A stretch of DNA of 56,907 bases, the filler included, from Platydemus manokwari (Eukaryota): NCBI GenBank assembly GCA_037951405.1. It is 5 parts of 5 records of this genome, joined end to end, with 100 filler letters (N's around TTAATTAATTAA, not from the genome) between each part and the next. Parts side by side here need not be neighbours in the genome. Positions count along the whole stretch, not along the records: positions 9,608 to 20,011 come from JBBMOY011136439.1; positions 20,112 to 31,647 come from JBBMOY010614438.1; 3 more parts are not named here. One strand, 5' to 3'. Positions 11,600-23,732 of this stretch are shown one piece after another. The notes beneath the pieces are model-generated. The model saw nothing but the letters and a program-made list of their open reading frames with translations. It was not told the origin of the DNA and searched no databases. Each line of letters starts with the position of its first letter. Positions within the stretch are counted from its first letter, which is position 1. The position numbers were made by a program, and so were the translations under genes.

Positions 11600-12900
11600 G
11601 GCTCCTCATTCAGGATCATTGTTATCCGAGTCCTCTCCCAGGTTGGCTTCTTTTTCTGTTGTTCTTCCAGGACTGTGTTTCTAAATTCGAGGTTCATCTC
11701 CTTTCCCGTATAATCACTTGTATATTGGTGAACGTGATATGCCATCGTTTTCTTTCAAACACTATCGATTTATGAATTTGCTTGGGTAGGAAGGGTTTCT
11801 CGGTCGCCTTACTCTTTTTCTGCTAATTTAGATGTGAGAGGTTTATCTCATTATATCCGAGGTTGGATTTTGCTTCTTCGATTCAGATATGCCCTATGTT
11901 GATGTCTGTTACATGGGTAATATCCTCGATATTCATTAGCTGATCCAGTGCTATAGCCGTGGCTTCTTCATCGATGTCACACTGGAGTTTCTTCATATAT
12001 GTTTGGTGCCACCTTTGGTTGGATAAAGTGATCTTCCCACTTTCCTTCCAGTTTGAGAAACATCTGTCGAATTTCGTCAGCATCATTCGCAGTCCTGAGC
12101 TCATGGAACTTTGTTATTTCGTATTCTGGTACGATCTTTTTCAAAATTTTGTATATCTTGAGTTGATTTAGGTTGACAAGCTCATGTGCCGCAATACATT
12201 TCGCTCTTGCTAGGTCACTTATGCCTAGAGGTCGATCGGTCGGTATTTGTTACACTTCAAGAATGTCTGCTATTTTGTATCCTACAAGGATGAGTTGGTC
12301 CACGATCTTATTTATTTGCTTGATAAAGGATATCTCGTCCCATTTATTGATTATATTAGCTTTGTTTACTTTATCAATATAGTCGTTTCGGAAATGTTTT
12401 ACATTGTGACGTGGTGACACTAGGGAATTTATAATCACTTTGCCTTGACAGCCGAGGATAGTAAGGAAAATGATGGCTGGCATAACCACGCTGCTTATGA
12501 GACTTATTGCAGTATCTTGGTGGCAATAAGCAGTGTCCTCTTTCTGAGTTCGTACTTCTCGAGAGCTTGGCAAGTGAAGGAGAGGTATCGATTGATAAAC
12601 TAGTTTGTTATATTTTAACAATATTCGGAAACAGGAGTACAGATGATGTTTAAAATATCATTGAATCCTAGTTCCAATATTAGAGTCGTAGGGACTTGTG
12701 GAAATTCGATTTGTCCAAAAGCGATGCGAGTATCACATTGATTTATCTCCAGTACCGTATGCAGATCCATTCAAATAGGTTCTAGTACACCACCAAGGTT
12801 TATTTGTGGTGCACAGATACATTTTTTCTTTTAGGTGTGCTTTCTTCGTAGTGGGAAACATTGTACTCATTGCGTGCTTTCCGGCTTGCTCCACGTAGAC
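11600..12900 (-). pseudogene. Accessory coding region downstream of integrase (unknown function)
   Basis: Interrupted frames read ..QIEFPQVPTTLILELGFNDILNII.., YNKLVYQSIPLL...IINKWDEISFIKQINKIVDQLILVGYKIADILEV, then a Lys/Glu-rich tail. Confidence 0.5.
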
Positions 12901-13620
12901 AACTGTAGTTATCTCAGATACATCAAATAAAAAGGTGTGTACTCTGTGCAGCGTTTCGGTTCGCAAAATAAACAGGAGGCTATATGGGCATCCCAATCCG
13001 TCTGAGCAGTGTTTGTCTAGGGTGCCAGCACGTTTGTTAGTGTCCCGTTGAACCTTTCAACCAACCCATCGGTCTGTGGGTGGTAAGGTGTAGTGTTCAA
13101 TTTAGTTATTTTAAACATCTTATAGATACAACCCAGGATATTGTTGAGAAATTCCGTTCCGCGATCCGTTAATAGCTTTTTGGTTACCCTGTATCTGTAG
13201 ACAATTTCTTCCACAAAGATTTTGGCAACCGTGCTTGCTTGTTTGTCCGGTATTGCATAAGCCTCTAACCACCGGGCAATGTAATCACAAAAAACTAACA
13301 TATGACGATCACCTAGTTTGGTTAGTGACAAGAGACCAACGAGACCCATTGCGACAATCTCCATGAGAGCAGTAGGAAGTGGCACAAGTCGTAAAGGGAA
13401 TCGACATTTGTTTCCTGTATTCCTGCCGGGTTGATATATCTTGTATGATACGCACAACCTTCTGACATTATTCTTCATTTTTCTCCATATATATTTTTGT
13501 TGAAGGCGGGACATTGTCTTTTTGACGGAAAAGTGTCCCCTAGGGTTCCATCGTGGTACTGTAGGAGAAGCGTTTCTTGGTGTGCCAGGGGCCCAATGAT
13601 AAGCCACCTGTTGTCTTCTT
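12900..13620 (-). pseudogene. Gypsy integrase (decayed)
   Basis: GHFSVKKT..RLQQKYIW, CDYIARWLEA, LLTDRGTEF, YHPQTDGLVERFNGTL. Continues past the stop at 13017 as DWDAHIASCLF...TPFYLMY. Confidence 0.92.
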
Positions 13621-13899
13621 CTATCTTCAACAGATTTTTATCAAACATCATTTTCCCTTGGTGCTTTTTTATAAACTTTGTGCACGATGGCTATGCGAGG
13701 AAATGAATAATCCCATTAGTTTCCCACTCCAAGGGAATGTTATCCAGTGGTAATAAATAGCTCTGAATTTCCTCATCTTCATTTTGTAACTTGCTCACTT
13801 CGGTATCTTGAGTCAGTGTGTGGACCACTGCTTAAACATTTTCTGTATTTATTTCGTATGTGTCCGGGTCGGCATGTGAAAGAGCATCGGCGCTTTTTC

Positions 13900-15100
13900 C
13901 TTGCGAAAACATATCTTGATATTTTATTGCTGTAGTTTGAGCGCCTAGCTGATGCGCCTAGACGCGGTGTCTCGATGCTGTAGCAAACACTGTAAGGATC
14001 GGTGATCGGTGAGTATATGTATCTCGTGACCATAAATGAAAGTTTAAAACTTTTCTACAGCATATACGATGGCCAATGCTTCTAATTCGATGACTGCATA
14101 GTTTTGTTCATGACTTTTTAATCCGCGACTGACATACGCTATGGCGTATTCATTTCCTTCATTGTCTATTTGTCCCAGAACTGCACCAATAACGTAACCG
14201 CTTGCATCGTCATAATGATGAAGGGTTTGCTCATGACTGGGTGTCTAAGAATTGGTTCAGCAATTACTGATTGTTTTAGAAACTTGAAAGCCTTTTCCTG
14301 TGCTTCCCACCATTTATTCTTTTGTAGTAGTTCAGTTAGTGACTGTGCGATATCAGCGCAATTTCGAATAAATTTTCGATAATAATTCACTAATCCCAGG
14401 AACTCTTGGACTTTTTTGACTTGAAATTGAGGGTATTGTTCCACCTTGGTGATATAAGCGCGGTCAGGCTTCGCTCCTTGTCCAGACACGATATGGCCTA
14501 AATATTTGACTTTTTTCGTACCCATTCGCATTTGGTAGGTTTGAGCTTCACTTGTGAGACGATTACGTTTTTCAATATCTCTACATCTCGCTCGTGCTCC
14601 TTATAGCCATTTCAGTAGACAATAACGTCATCTATATATACCATTGCGTGATGAACATTAGATTCATGGCCCTTTGAAATGTTGTTGGAGCACCGGTTAG
14701 TCCGAAAAGCATAACTGTGTATTCATATAGACCCTTGCCGTCGGCGAAGGCCCTGATAGGTATTGAATTCTCATGCATCAAAATATTGTTGTACCCGGTC
14801 TGTAAATCAAGGGTAGAGAATAAATTTACTTTACCAACTCTGATGACCATTTCATTTATTAGCGTTAAGGGATAATTATCCTTCCGTGATTGTTCATTAA
14901 CTTTTCGGCAATCGATTCACATGCGAATCGTTCCCTCCTTTTTTTTCACAAGGGCAATAGGCGATCTCCAAGGATAGTCTGGTCTGATCCGTTTTTGCTC
15001 GAGTAATTCGTTATTTTGCATCTGCGCTTCTGCGGTATGCTGGTTGGCATATTGGATGAGGGTTGAGTAATTCGATCCTATGTTCGATGAGATTACATTT
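13900..15100 (-). pseudogene. Gypsy reverse transcriptase / RNase H (decayed)
   Basis: PWRSPIALVKKK.GTIRM.ID.RKVN, FSTLDLQTGY, FGLTGAPTTFQRAM, VYIDDVIVY (~14627-14638), VKYLGHIVS, FLGLVNYYRKFI, DASGYVIGAVL, ELEALAIVYAV, LTDHRSL. Confidence 0.93.
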
Positions 15101-15499
15101 TCCTAGATCATTCTCGTGCTTTGCGAAAGCTTCTTAGTAATTATTGAGAAGTTTCGTGAGCTGCGTAAATTGTTGTGGAGTGATATCCTTCGATTGGTCT
15201 GTAATGTTTTCTGGGTAGTTTCTCTTGAGATTCCATTATAAATTCCGTAACTGCTCCATATTTAGTGTAGGAATAAAATTTTACCGGCTCTGATGATGTA
15301 TTTGAAATTCGTATTGGAATTCTTCCCTCTTGTACTCTAGCAATACATGCACAGACTGGCATGAAACCAACGCTTGGTTCGAATAATACTTCTTCAATAT
15401 TAGCAAGGCTGATTTCACCAAGACAGACGGTATCAATTCGAGGTGGGATTGTGATTTCTTCCTCAATATATACTTGATTCCAACGTTCATGTTAGTTCT

Positions 15500-15850
15500 T
15501 AGTGAGTTTAACCAAGGTTCCGGTTGTGCATTCATAGACCATGCTTTTTAATTGTCTGAGGACATCTTTTCCTACTACGTAGTCGTATGGACAGAGGTTG
15601 GATACTCTGACAGAGACTGTTAAGGTTTGACCAGTGATTTTCACCTTGCACGTTAATACCCCGAGTAATGGTAAAGGGTTTGATTCCTATAATAGTGATA
15701 TCCGTTTTCTCGATGCCTTGTAATTCATTCATATTGAGTACTCTTGGGTGGATAATAATCGAGTCGGCTCAGATATCGATTAATGCCATGACTGCCTGTC
15801 GATTAAGTTTCATTAGAACTAATTTGTGAGAATTTCTGTCATCCCTCATC
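15500..15850 (-). pseudogene. Retroviral-type aspartic protease (decayed)
   Basis: VMALIDI*ADSIII is a degenerate LID(T/S)GA motif, with Asp at ~15775-15777 and the Gly codon mutated to TGA. Confidence 0.75.
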
Positions 15851-16157
15851 TTGTAGTAATGTTCTGTGTATCCCAAAAGGATATGTCGATGTAACGCGGC
15901 CTCATCGGTATTTGATGGGTATTCCTCTTGGTGTTGTTGCAATGCCTCAATTGGGTAAACATGAGTTTCAGGCTCCTCTAGGGGTGCAGACTCTTTTGAT
16001 TGAGGGCTTGATAAAATCGTTGGGTCCTTTGAATATTTGCCTTAGGTTTCTTCATTGGTTTCCATATGACCTTTATCTCCGAGTTGAATCTTGATTCATT
16101 GTCTGAATTGTTTGGAGATCTTGAAGACCCTCTTGTGGTATAATAAAGTTCATTTCC

Positions 16158-16703
16158 TCATTGTGGAGGAGGCCGTCTGACAGGGTGATGCCTCTCCTTA
16201 AGTAATTGCATTACCAGTTTTGCCTCGGTTCTATGCTTCTTGTGGATTGCCTGGTTCGATATCATCGGACAAATTCCAAAAAGTAGTTTTGTTGAACATC
16301 TGAAAACTTCATACAAATGATAAGTAGTCATTATTTGATGTTNNNNNNNNNNNNNNNNNNNNNNNNNNNNNNNNNNNNNNNNNNNNNNNNNNNNNNNNNN
16401 NNNNNNNNNNNNNNNNNNNNNNNNNNNNNNNNNNNNNNNNNNCGGACAAATTCCAAAAAGTAGTTTTGTTGAACATCTGAAAACTTCATACAAATGATAA
16501 GTAGTCATTATTTGATGTTTTACTGTTTTGATTATCACAAATATGACGTAAATGCCAGTACATCCGGTAACAAAAGTTCCGAATGCAGTGAATCGTTCCC
16601 ATATCTGCCGTGCCACATTTTCTTCTGCTTTCTTAAAGTGATTCATTGTAAACAGGTGATCGTAATTCGGAACTGTATCTCCATTTTGGTAGATAGTTCC
16701 ACC
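16158..16703 (-). pseudogene. C-terminal membrane-anchor remnant of an envelope-like glycoprotein (chuvirus G / gB-like)
   Basis: RGGTIYQ..YDHLFTMNHFKKAEENVARQIWERFTAFGTFVTGCTGIYVIFVIIKTVKHQIMTTYHLYEVFRCSTKLLFGICP. An amphipathic W..F..FG segment, a TM helix and a Y.L..V(F/Y)..S..LL.. motif resemble chuvirus-type glycoprotein C-termini. Recognised by pattern only. Confidence 0.6.
16343..16442. other. 100-N gap flanked by a duplicated ~77-nt overlap (16266-16342 = 16443-16519)
   Basis: Identical sequence on both sides indicates unmerged contig ends. Confidence 0.9.
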
Positions 16704-17364
16704 TCTTTTACAGATGGCACAATTCAACTTCTTGTTTTCCCTATTGTCAGTTTGATTTGGTTTTTTCCATTGGTTCTTTTGCTGGTTCCTTGGTTTAGCA
16801 TTGTTTTCATATGTTGCGCACAATTGTTTCCCATTGCCTTGTCCTATTTCCACCAATCTGGCCTTTTGTACTAATTCATCAAATTCGTCCCACATATGGA
16901 GGCTCAGACTAGATCGAATGTGTGGGGTAAAACCATCCCACAAGTGATCCTTAACGTTATTCCTTGTATCCGCTAGCTAATTCGTTCTATCTCCATAGGC
17001 TCGTTCTCCGACATGTTCGCCTTGCATTTGCTTCCTTTTCTTGAATCGTTGCCTAAACAGATGTCCGGTATCTGCTGGCAATATGTTCCTCCCAAAGGCA
17101 TTTTTGAATTCCGTCCAAGTTTTTGGAGATGTTTCTACACTCATTACACAATTAAAACGTTCTCGTGCTATACCTGTTAAATAAATCGGTAGTCGTTTTA
17201 TCATTTTTTCCTGGCTGATACCGTGAGCTTATGAAAGTTGAAAATAATCAGACATAAACTCAGGATAGATGTTGGGTTCACCATTGTAGGGTTTAACTGG
17301 TATTTTAGCTTTCCTCGTTAGGTACTATGCGCACTGTAGGCGCGAATTTTTCGTTGTCAGACAT
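16704..17364 (-). pseudogene. Gypsy gag (decayed)
   Basis: ATG at 17364 (MSDNEKF..), then PVKPYNGEP, KRLPIYLTGIARERF, TWTEFKNAF, F..RKQMQGEHV, WDGFTPHIR, and a truncated knuckle CAICKR. Confidence 0.85.
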
Positions 17365-17440
17365 AGTTTATTAATCAAATAATTTATAGAGATAATATAA
17401 TATAATAGTTTATTTCAAAACTAATCCCGAGCGATTTCAG

Positions 17441-17459
17441 AATCACGTCGGGCTCACCA
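17441..17459 (-). promoter_or_regulatory. Primer-binding site complementary to tRNA-Trp
   Basis: TGGTGAGCCCGACGTGATT lies 2 nt after the LTR end ..AACA (17462). It differs by one base from the classical tRNA-Trp PBS TGGTGACCCCGACGTGAT. Confidence 0.88.
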
Positions 17460-17461
17460 AA

Positions 17462-17850
17462 TGTTAAAGATTGTCGGGTTGTCGATATAGTAATTACAAA
17501 TTCAAATTATAAATGTACAATTTGTACAAATTTGATCAGAAGGATTTAAATAGAATTAATAATAGTTGCCCTAGATTTTCAACTTATCTGAACTCCAAAC
17601 AGTTGCTGTTGCTATATCACTCGAGTGATTATTATAAAATAGTATTTAAAATATAAATGATAAATAAATAAAATAGAATAAATAGAACAATAAAATAGAA
17701 CAAAACAAAACAAGACAAAATAAAATATATTTTTTACAATAATTTTAAATAAATCAAGATGGTATTTGATATTGTGGGAGGAAAAAGGTGTGTGTCAAGA
17801 AAACAGTAAAAGGCGTACCGCTTAGATGCTCGGGTAAGGCTTTCGTGACA
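17462..17850 (-). repeat. 5' LTR of the gypsy element (distal end uncertain: 17738 or 17850)
   Basis: CA terminus adjacent to the PBS; candidate TG starts on the minus strand are TGTAAAA (17738) and TGTCACGAAA (17850). Confidence 0.55.
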
Positions 17851-18691
17851 AAAAGTTGAAAGTGGGGAACTTTTTAAGCAGGAACCTATATGATTTTAAA
17901 AAACCTCAAGAGTAGCCGTGGGTCGGTAATTAATAAAATAGTGAAAAAAAAATACTTATTGAATGCATCATAAAATAAAATTCTTCATATGTGTAGGATA
18001 AAAATTTTTCATACAATGAAGTATAAGCTTCTTCAAATTCTGCGGCTTCAAATAGTCATACAATAGCTTGAAATGTTCATACAATTTGTAGCTGTAATGA
18101 GTCGAAGTGCGAGTGCTGTCTGTTTATGCCAGTATATATACTATTTTGTGTCTTATTGTGAATCATGCATCTTGTTGCTATTTTTGGTAACATTCTAAGC
18201 TTGGTAGCATGTGTTGCTAAATTTAGCATATGTACAGCATAGGTTACTATTTTTAATTCAATGCGGATTTTCCTAATGACTTTAATGTCGATTAGTTTTG
18301 ATGCAGTAAAACAAATTTAAACATTTTATGGATATTTTGTAATTTCTGGCACTATAATTTCCTTAATTTGAAAAAAAATTATATTAATTTATTCTTATTT
18401 TTTAGTTAATTTGGTTGGTCAAAATGGCCTGGTCAGTTCCGCACAATATCTAACTTGCGGATCCCAATATTGATATTGTGAATATTATTTTTTGCATCAC
18501 TCTGATATTTGATAATCTTCTTTAATGGTATGGATACGTTTTGGAGTTGCGATTTAATTATTTCTAATATATTTATTATCAATCTGCAGACTCTTTTATT
18601 TTATCTTAAATCAGTCTTGAAGGTCTCAAATCCTATTGTATCTTATTGTTATTAACTTATTTAGACAACATAATCACTCTGGAATAGCGTT

Positions 18692-18693
<2 letters not shown>

Positions 18694-18730
<37 letters not shown>
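18694..18730. repeat. (TA)n microsatellite
   Basis: Seen directly. Confidence 0.95.
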
Positions 18731-18732
<2 letters not shown>

Positions 18733-19060
18733 GAAATAACAACAACACCGCTATCAAATAGATAGTGGGATGACAATCACTATCTGTAAGGAATAATGTA
18801 GTAACACTATGTTATAACATAGAATTATATTTAATGTAATAATAATACACTTTGAATAAATAAATGACTTCTATACGAACAGTAGATATCCTCGAAAAGT
18901 GGTTATTTAAATTGGGAGAAAATCAAATCAAAATATTTATGGACTGCTTGATAAATGATAAGTATAAATTGCCGATGATTTTATAAATCTTATAAATCGT
19001 AATAACTGTGACTACTGATCTATATAGGCATTGGTGCGTGACTTGTAGAAATTCTCTACT

Positions 19061-19430
19061 GTTGGGTATCAATCAAAAGGGTCACAAAAATCAAGAAAAA
19101 ACCATAAAAGGCTCAATACATACAAGCCCAATAAACACACGTGTCGTTAACCAATAAGTTTCTTTCTAATTTTAACTCAGATTTAGAAGTTAAGAATCAA
19201 CAGGCACATGTCTACCGATTACAGAAAGCTCAAATATCCGCCAATAGCATGAAAGTTATAAGAAAAATCACAAATAAGTCGATCCACAAACAAATTCAGG
19301 GAATTGAAAACGAAGATAGGCGACATCAAGCTGACACATCCGAGGGGTCTATAAAAGAGGTTGAATTCCATGGATTCTTGCCAGTCTATATTTCAAGGCT
19401 TAGCTTATGTGTGATTTAAGTTATCAGTTT
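19061..19430 (+). repeat. Dispersed repeat copy A (LTR-like); inverted copy at 44820-45190
   Basis: For example, caaatatccgccaat, gaattgaaaacgaagat, gaattccatggat and cttagcttatgtgtgattta match the reverse complement of 44820-45190. Contains TATAAAAG. Confidence 0.85.
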
Positions 19431-20011
19431 TTTGTTATATTTAAGTATTTACATACCTACAAAACCACACAGGCATAACAATCCCAGGTGTCATAAATGG
19501 AAAATTATAATTCGGAAAAAGGGACATAGCTAGACAATAACACTCATATAGTGATTGGCCACTTCCGAGTATACGAAATAGATAAATCCAATTGGAACTT
19601 GAGAATTACAAGATCAAATCAAACGTGATACAATAATTACACGCAAATCTCAAGGCTAAATATCGATTTAAAGATTATCCATTGCCAGTTGGAGGCAAAT
19701 TAGTATTTTTAGTATTTGAGTATTCTACTATGAAAAAGGATGTACTGAGTATCACTGCGCAGTAGAAAGTTAAATAGTAGAAGTTAAATTTGTAATCGCT
19801 TTATCATATTGCCTGGCTTACTCCGTAAACGTCATACAGCTGAAAATAGTCTGCCATGAACTCATGAAATAAGCCTGGCTCTCTGAGATATGGTTTGACA
19901 TTATCGTTAACTTGATAATTTGTGCTGTTCTTTTTTGGTTCCTTTTGTTTCTCTTGACGATTAGCGTTTACCCCATCATTGACGTATATTGACGATGGAT
20001 ATTTTAAGATC

Positions 20012-20111
20012 NNNNNNNNNNNNNNNNNNNNNNNNNNNNNNNNNNNNNNNNNNNNTTAATTAATTAANNNNNNNNNNNNNNNNNNNNNNNNNNNNNNNNN
20101 NNNNNNNNNNN
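20012..20111. other. Assembly spacer (N-TTAATTAATTAA-N)
   Basis: Seen directly. Confidence 0.97.
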
Positions 20112-23100
20112 TTCAGCGTTATAACAATTTGTGTTAATAAAATACCTGCATAAAAACATGAATAACTTTTGACTCAACCTGGTATAATCCTCAGTAACAG
20201 TCATCAACAATTTAGAACTCAAACACTCCTCTGTTTAGCAACCCAACAGTTCCAAATTGATAACTCAGTCTGCATCATAACAATCGATCTATACTCAGCT
20301 TGCTGAATTTCCATACCTTAGTTGAGAAAGTCAGACTTTAGTACCAGTTTTTAGTTCCATACAATATTTTCCTTTTTAATATTTTTCCCTTTCTCTCTTT
20401 TCCTTTTTAATTTTTTACTTTAATACCTTCCTTTTAAATTTTATATAAATTGGAAGTGCACAGAGAAAAATAGGCACAGATCACTACTATATAATAATAA
20501 AGTAATATCTTGATAATTCAAAATTTATGTGAAAGAAAAATCTAATCAAAATTACGGGAATAATGAGAACTTTGCCACTTATGATTAAAAATTATTCTGG
20601 TTTTAAAAGCACATGAAAAATTAAAAAAAAACATACTGGTGGAATCAATAATATAAACAATGCGTTACATTTATAGGCATACGATTCCTCATAAAATTAA
20701 TTTCAATTCAACAGTTTACTGGATCAAAAATTAGAATTTATCACAGACCACCCACTTTCAATGCTCTTCAATATCCTTCCACATACATACACACATACAT
20801 ATTTATATATATACGTTGAATACATTAATAAATAAAAGAAATATAAATTTCCTCGATTAATGTTAATATTATTACTTCCTTATTTTCATTGTCTGCTTCT
20901 AATTTTTTGTTAATTAATGAAAATCATATTTCGATCGACGGTGAAAGTATAACTTTTTACTATAACTCTTTTAGTTTTCTCACTAATGACTAATATGATT
21001 TACAAACAGTCATTCCTTAATTCTTTTCTTTTAAAAAATGGGAACAGTCTTTAACTTTTCTTGTTTCTTCTCCAAATATATTTTACAATAAACACAACTA
21101 GAATGTCTCATTAAAAATTATTTCATTCTCATCAGGCACATCTTTTCCAAATTTAAATCCATCCTCATTATTTATCACCCATTTTAAAAATTTTTTTGAC
21201 CCGATTTTCACTTTGAAATAATTTATCTCTATTTTTTATTAAATAAGGATATCTTGATGTCAATTTTGAATAAATACACGAATGAAATTATTTATTGGAA
21301 ATTTTTGCTAATTTACTTTTTTTTTAATTTTTCAATATAAACACATTCAACATGTGTGATATTTATAAAAGGTAACATTATTGAGCGATTATAATTTCGA
21401 AATTTGAAAATATTATTATTGGATCCGAACATAACATGTTTTGTGATTTCATTTCTGTATTTTTCACATATTATTTGATTATCTTTATCCCTATTTCTAG
21501 TAAAGAAAATAAGTACAACGTCTATCTCAAATATTTAATTTTCGATCTGGTCCTAATTTATAATGCACTTCTCTCTCATTTTTTCATTACATTATAATAT
21601 TATTTAAATGTGCAGGATATAAGGTGTTCAAGATCATAAATACCATAATTCACAAACTCAAAAAGACCACCGATTAACAACTCATTATAAATCCAAAAAC
21701 GCTTATTCCAGAGCCAAAGTATTACTATCAATATTCAGTAAATTTCAATGACAGAATACTCTCAATATTTAAGGAAGTCAGATTCTAATTTCCGCAATTC
21801 GATTTATTATCAGACAAATACCAAGAATTGGATAGCAATTATTGGATTTGTATTGCTAAATAAATTCAACAACATGAGTTCCATTACATATTAAATAGAT
21901 AAATTATTGTCGGTTTTATTTATATCAACAGGTTATAAGAAAAAATATACAAATGAACTCCGATAATTATATTAACAAAAGATGAATGCAAAGTGAATAG
22001 CAGCTATACAATAATTTTACGGGCAGATTTAAAAATATATTTTAAAAATGTTATTAAATATATTTCCAGAAAGAGCGAATATTTTGGCTAATTATTCATA
22101 TGATTTATCCTAACAAATACAAAATAGTATTTATCGATACTAAGTGTGAAATTATTATTTACATAACTATAATAAAACTTATGGTGACATTTAAAGAAAC
22201 TAATTTGTTTGTTTAATCAAAGCATGAAAATAAAATAGTATATGATAAAACATAAATAAATATAAATGCAAATAGTCATGACAATTCCTAAGTTGCCATG
22301 ACAATTTACCGAGTTGTTAGGACAACTGGATAAGAGAAGAAAATAAACACCCAATTAGAGATAAACACAACAAAAACAATATAAAAAATCAAAGTGAAGT
22401 AGATAAAGTTGCACAGATTATTTTGGTTATCCGAACAAATAATTTTAGTGAACATAACAAAATAATTGGGATCTCGACATGAGTAATTTTTATTTATTGT
22501 TAATAATCACTATTAATGTTAACAACAGCCGTAAGGGAATTATTAAATCATAAAATTACCTCGTCAAAGTTCTCAAAGAACATTCGACTTCTCTTTAACT
22601 TTATATTTCCACAGGCCGTCTTTCCACCAGAGTTAGGTGACAATTGTTTCCATCAGAATCTTAAGGATTTTATCAAAGTTGTTTTGTTTTTTGTCTGTAA
22701 ATAAATTTTACTGAAGCATAACTAATTTTCTTGATCACTATAATAAACTATAATTTTTATTGCTGTAACTTTACTACAATAAGACATGCACTTCCTTATA
22801 TTTAAAATGCACAAACATTTTATAATTAAAACTATTAGACTTTAGTTTCAAAAGAAAATAATAATAAATAAAGTACATAAAAATAAAGATAAAAAATTCA
22901 ATAAATGATAATAAGTGAATCAAATTTTGAAAATTAATTTAATCGTATAATGTATATAAAACGAAAATGACTACCTATTATCATAAATTTCTTATTATTT
23001 TATGGAAATTGAGAAAAAATTCAAAATGAAAATTCATTGAAAGTATATATTATCATTGGAAAGATTAGAATCAATTATTCATTTCATGAATCATATTCTT

Positions 23101-23732
23101 ATATATTTATAAAAAAAATAAAACACGTAATTTCTATTAATAACAATCTATAATAAAATGATCATGGGATAGCATAAGTACTATAAATATCATGTATGAA
23201 TAACAATCGATAAACGAGCAGTGATAAATAATCAATATCACTATATAAACAGAAACTTACTACTTCTGAAAATTTTTTAATTAAGAAGGCATGTTCCTTT
23301 ACAATAAGTCATTCTAATACATTTAGACATAATACATTAATATACAATATAAACATAATTTTTATATAATTAGAGTAAATAATTCGCAACTTCGGTCAAA
23401 GGCTTGCTAATTAAATATATAATAAAACTAACATTAATGCTTATCATCAAATCAATATTCATAAGTGCAATATTTTGATAATTTAATCTTACTTAAATAT
23501 TTTCTATTATGAACTTTACCTAATTTTTCATTCGATGTAATATTAATTTTGTTTAGACAAATTTGTATGTGAAATAAATTTATTAGATTCTTTGTTTATT
23601 TTAATAGGATTTGATTAATTATATTTCATAGTAAGCATTGTATGACTTTTACTAAATATATTTGTTTAAATTCTTTAATATTTTGGTGATATTTTAAAGC
23701 GACATAAATTTTAATATTTAAAAACCTTTGAT

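Larger units (their letters stand above)
11565..17850 (-). mobile_element. Decayed Ty3/gypsy LTR retrotransposon (5'LTR-PBS-gag-env-like remnant-PR-RT-RH-IN-accessory ORF); 3' LTR absent
   Basis: Domain order PR-RT-RH-IN; tRNA-Trp PBS; many stops and frameshifts. Both outer boundaries are approximate. Confidence 0.92.

Noticed and set aside
16266-16519. Tandem duplication of HQIMTTYHLYEVFRCSTKLLFGICP in the env-like ORF
   Set aside because: The identical copies flank a 100-N gap, so this is an unmerged contig overlap.
20600-22700. Candidate upstream exons of the ion-channel gene
   Set aside because: Splice-like segments gave stops, wrong phase or no pLGIC motifs, and lie beyond a contig join.
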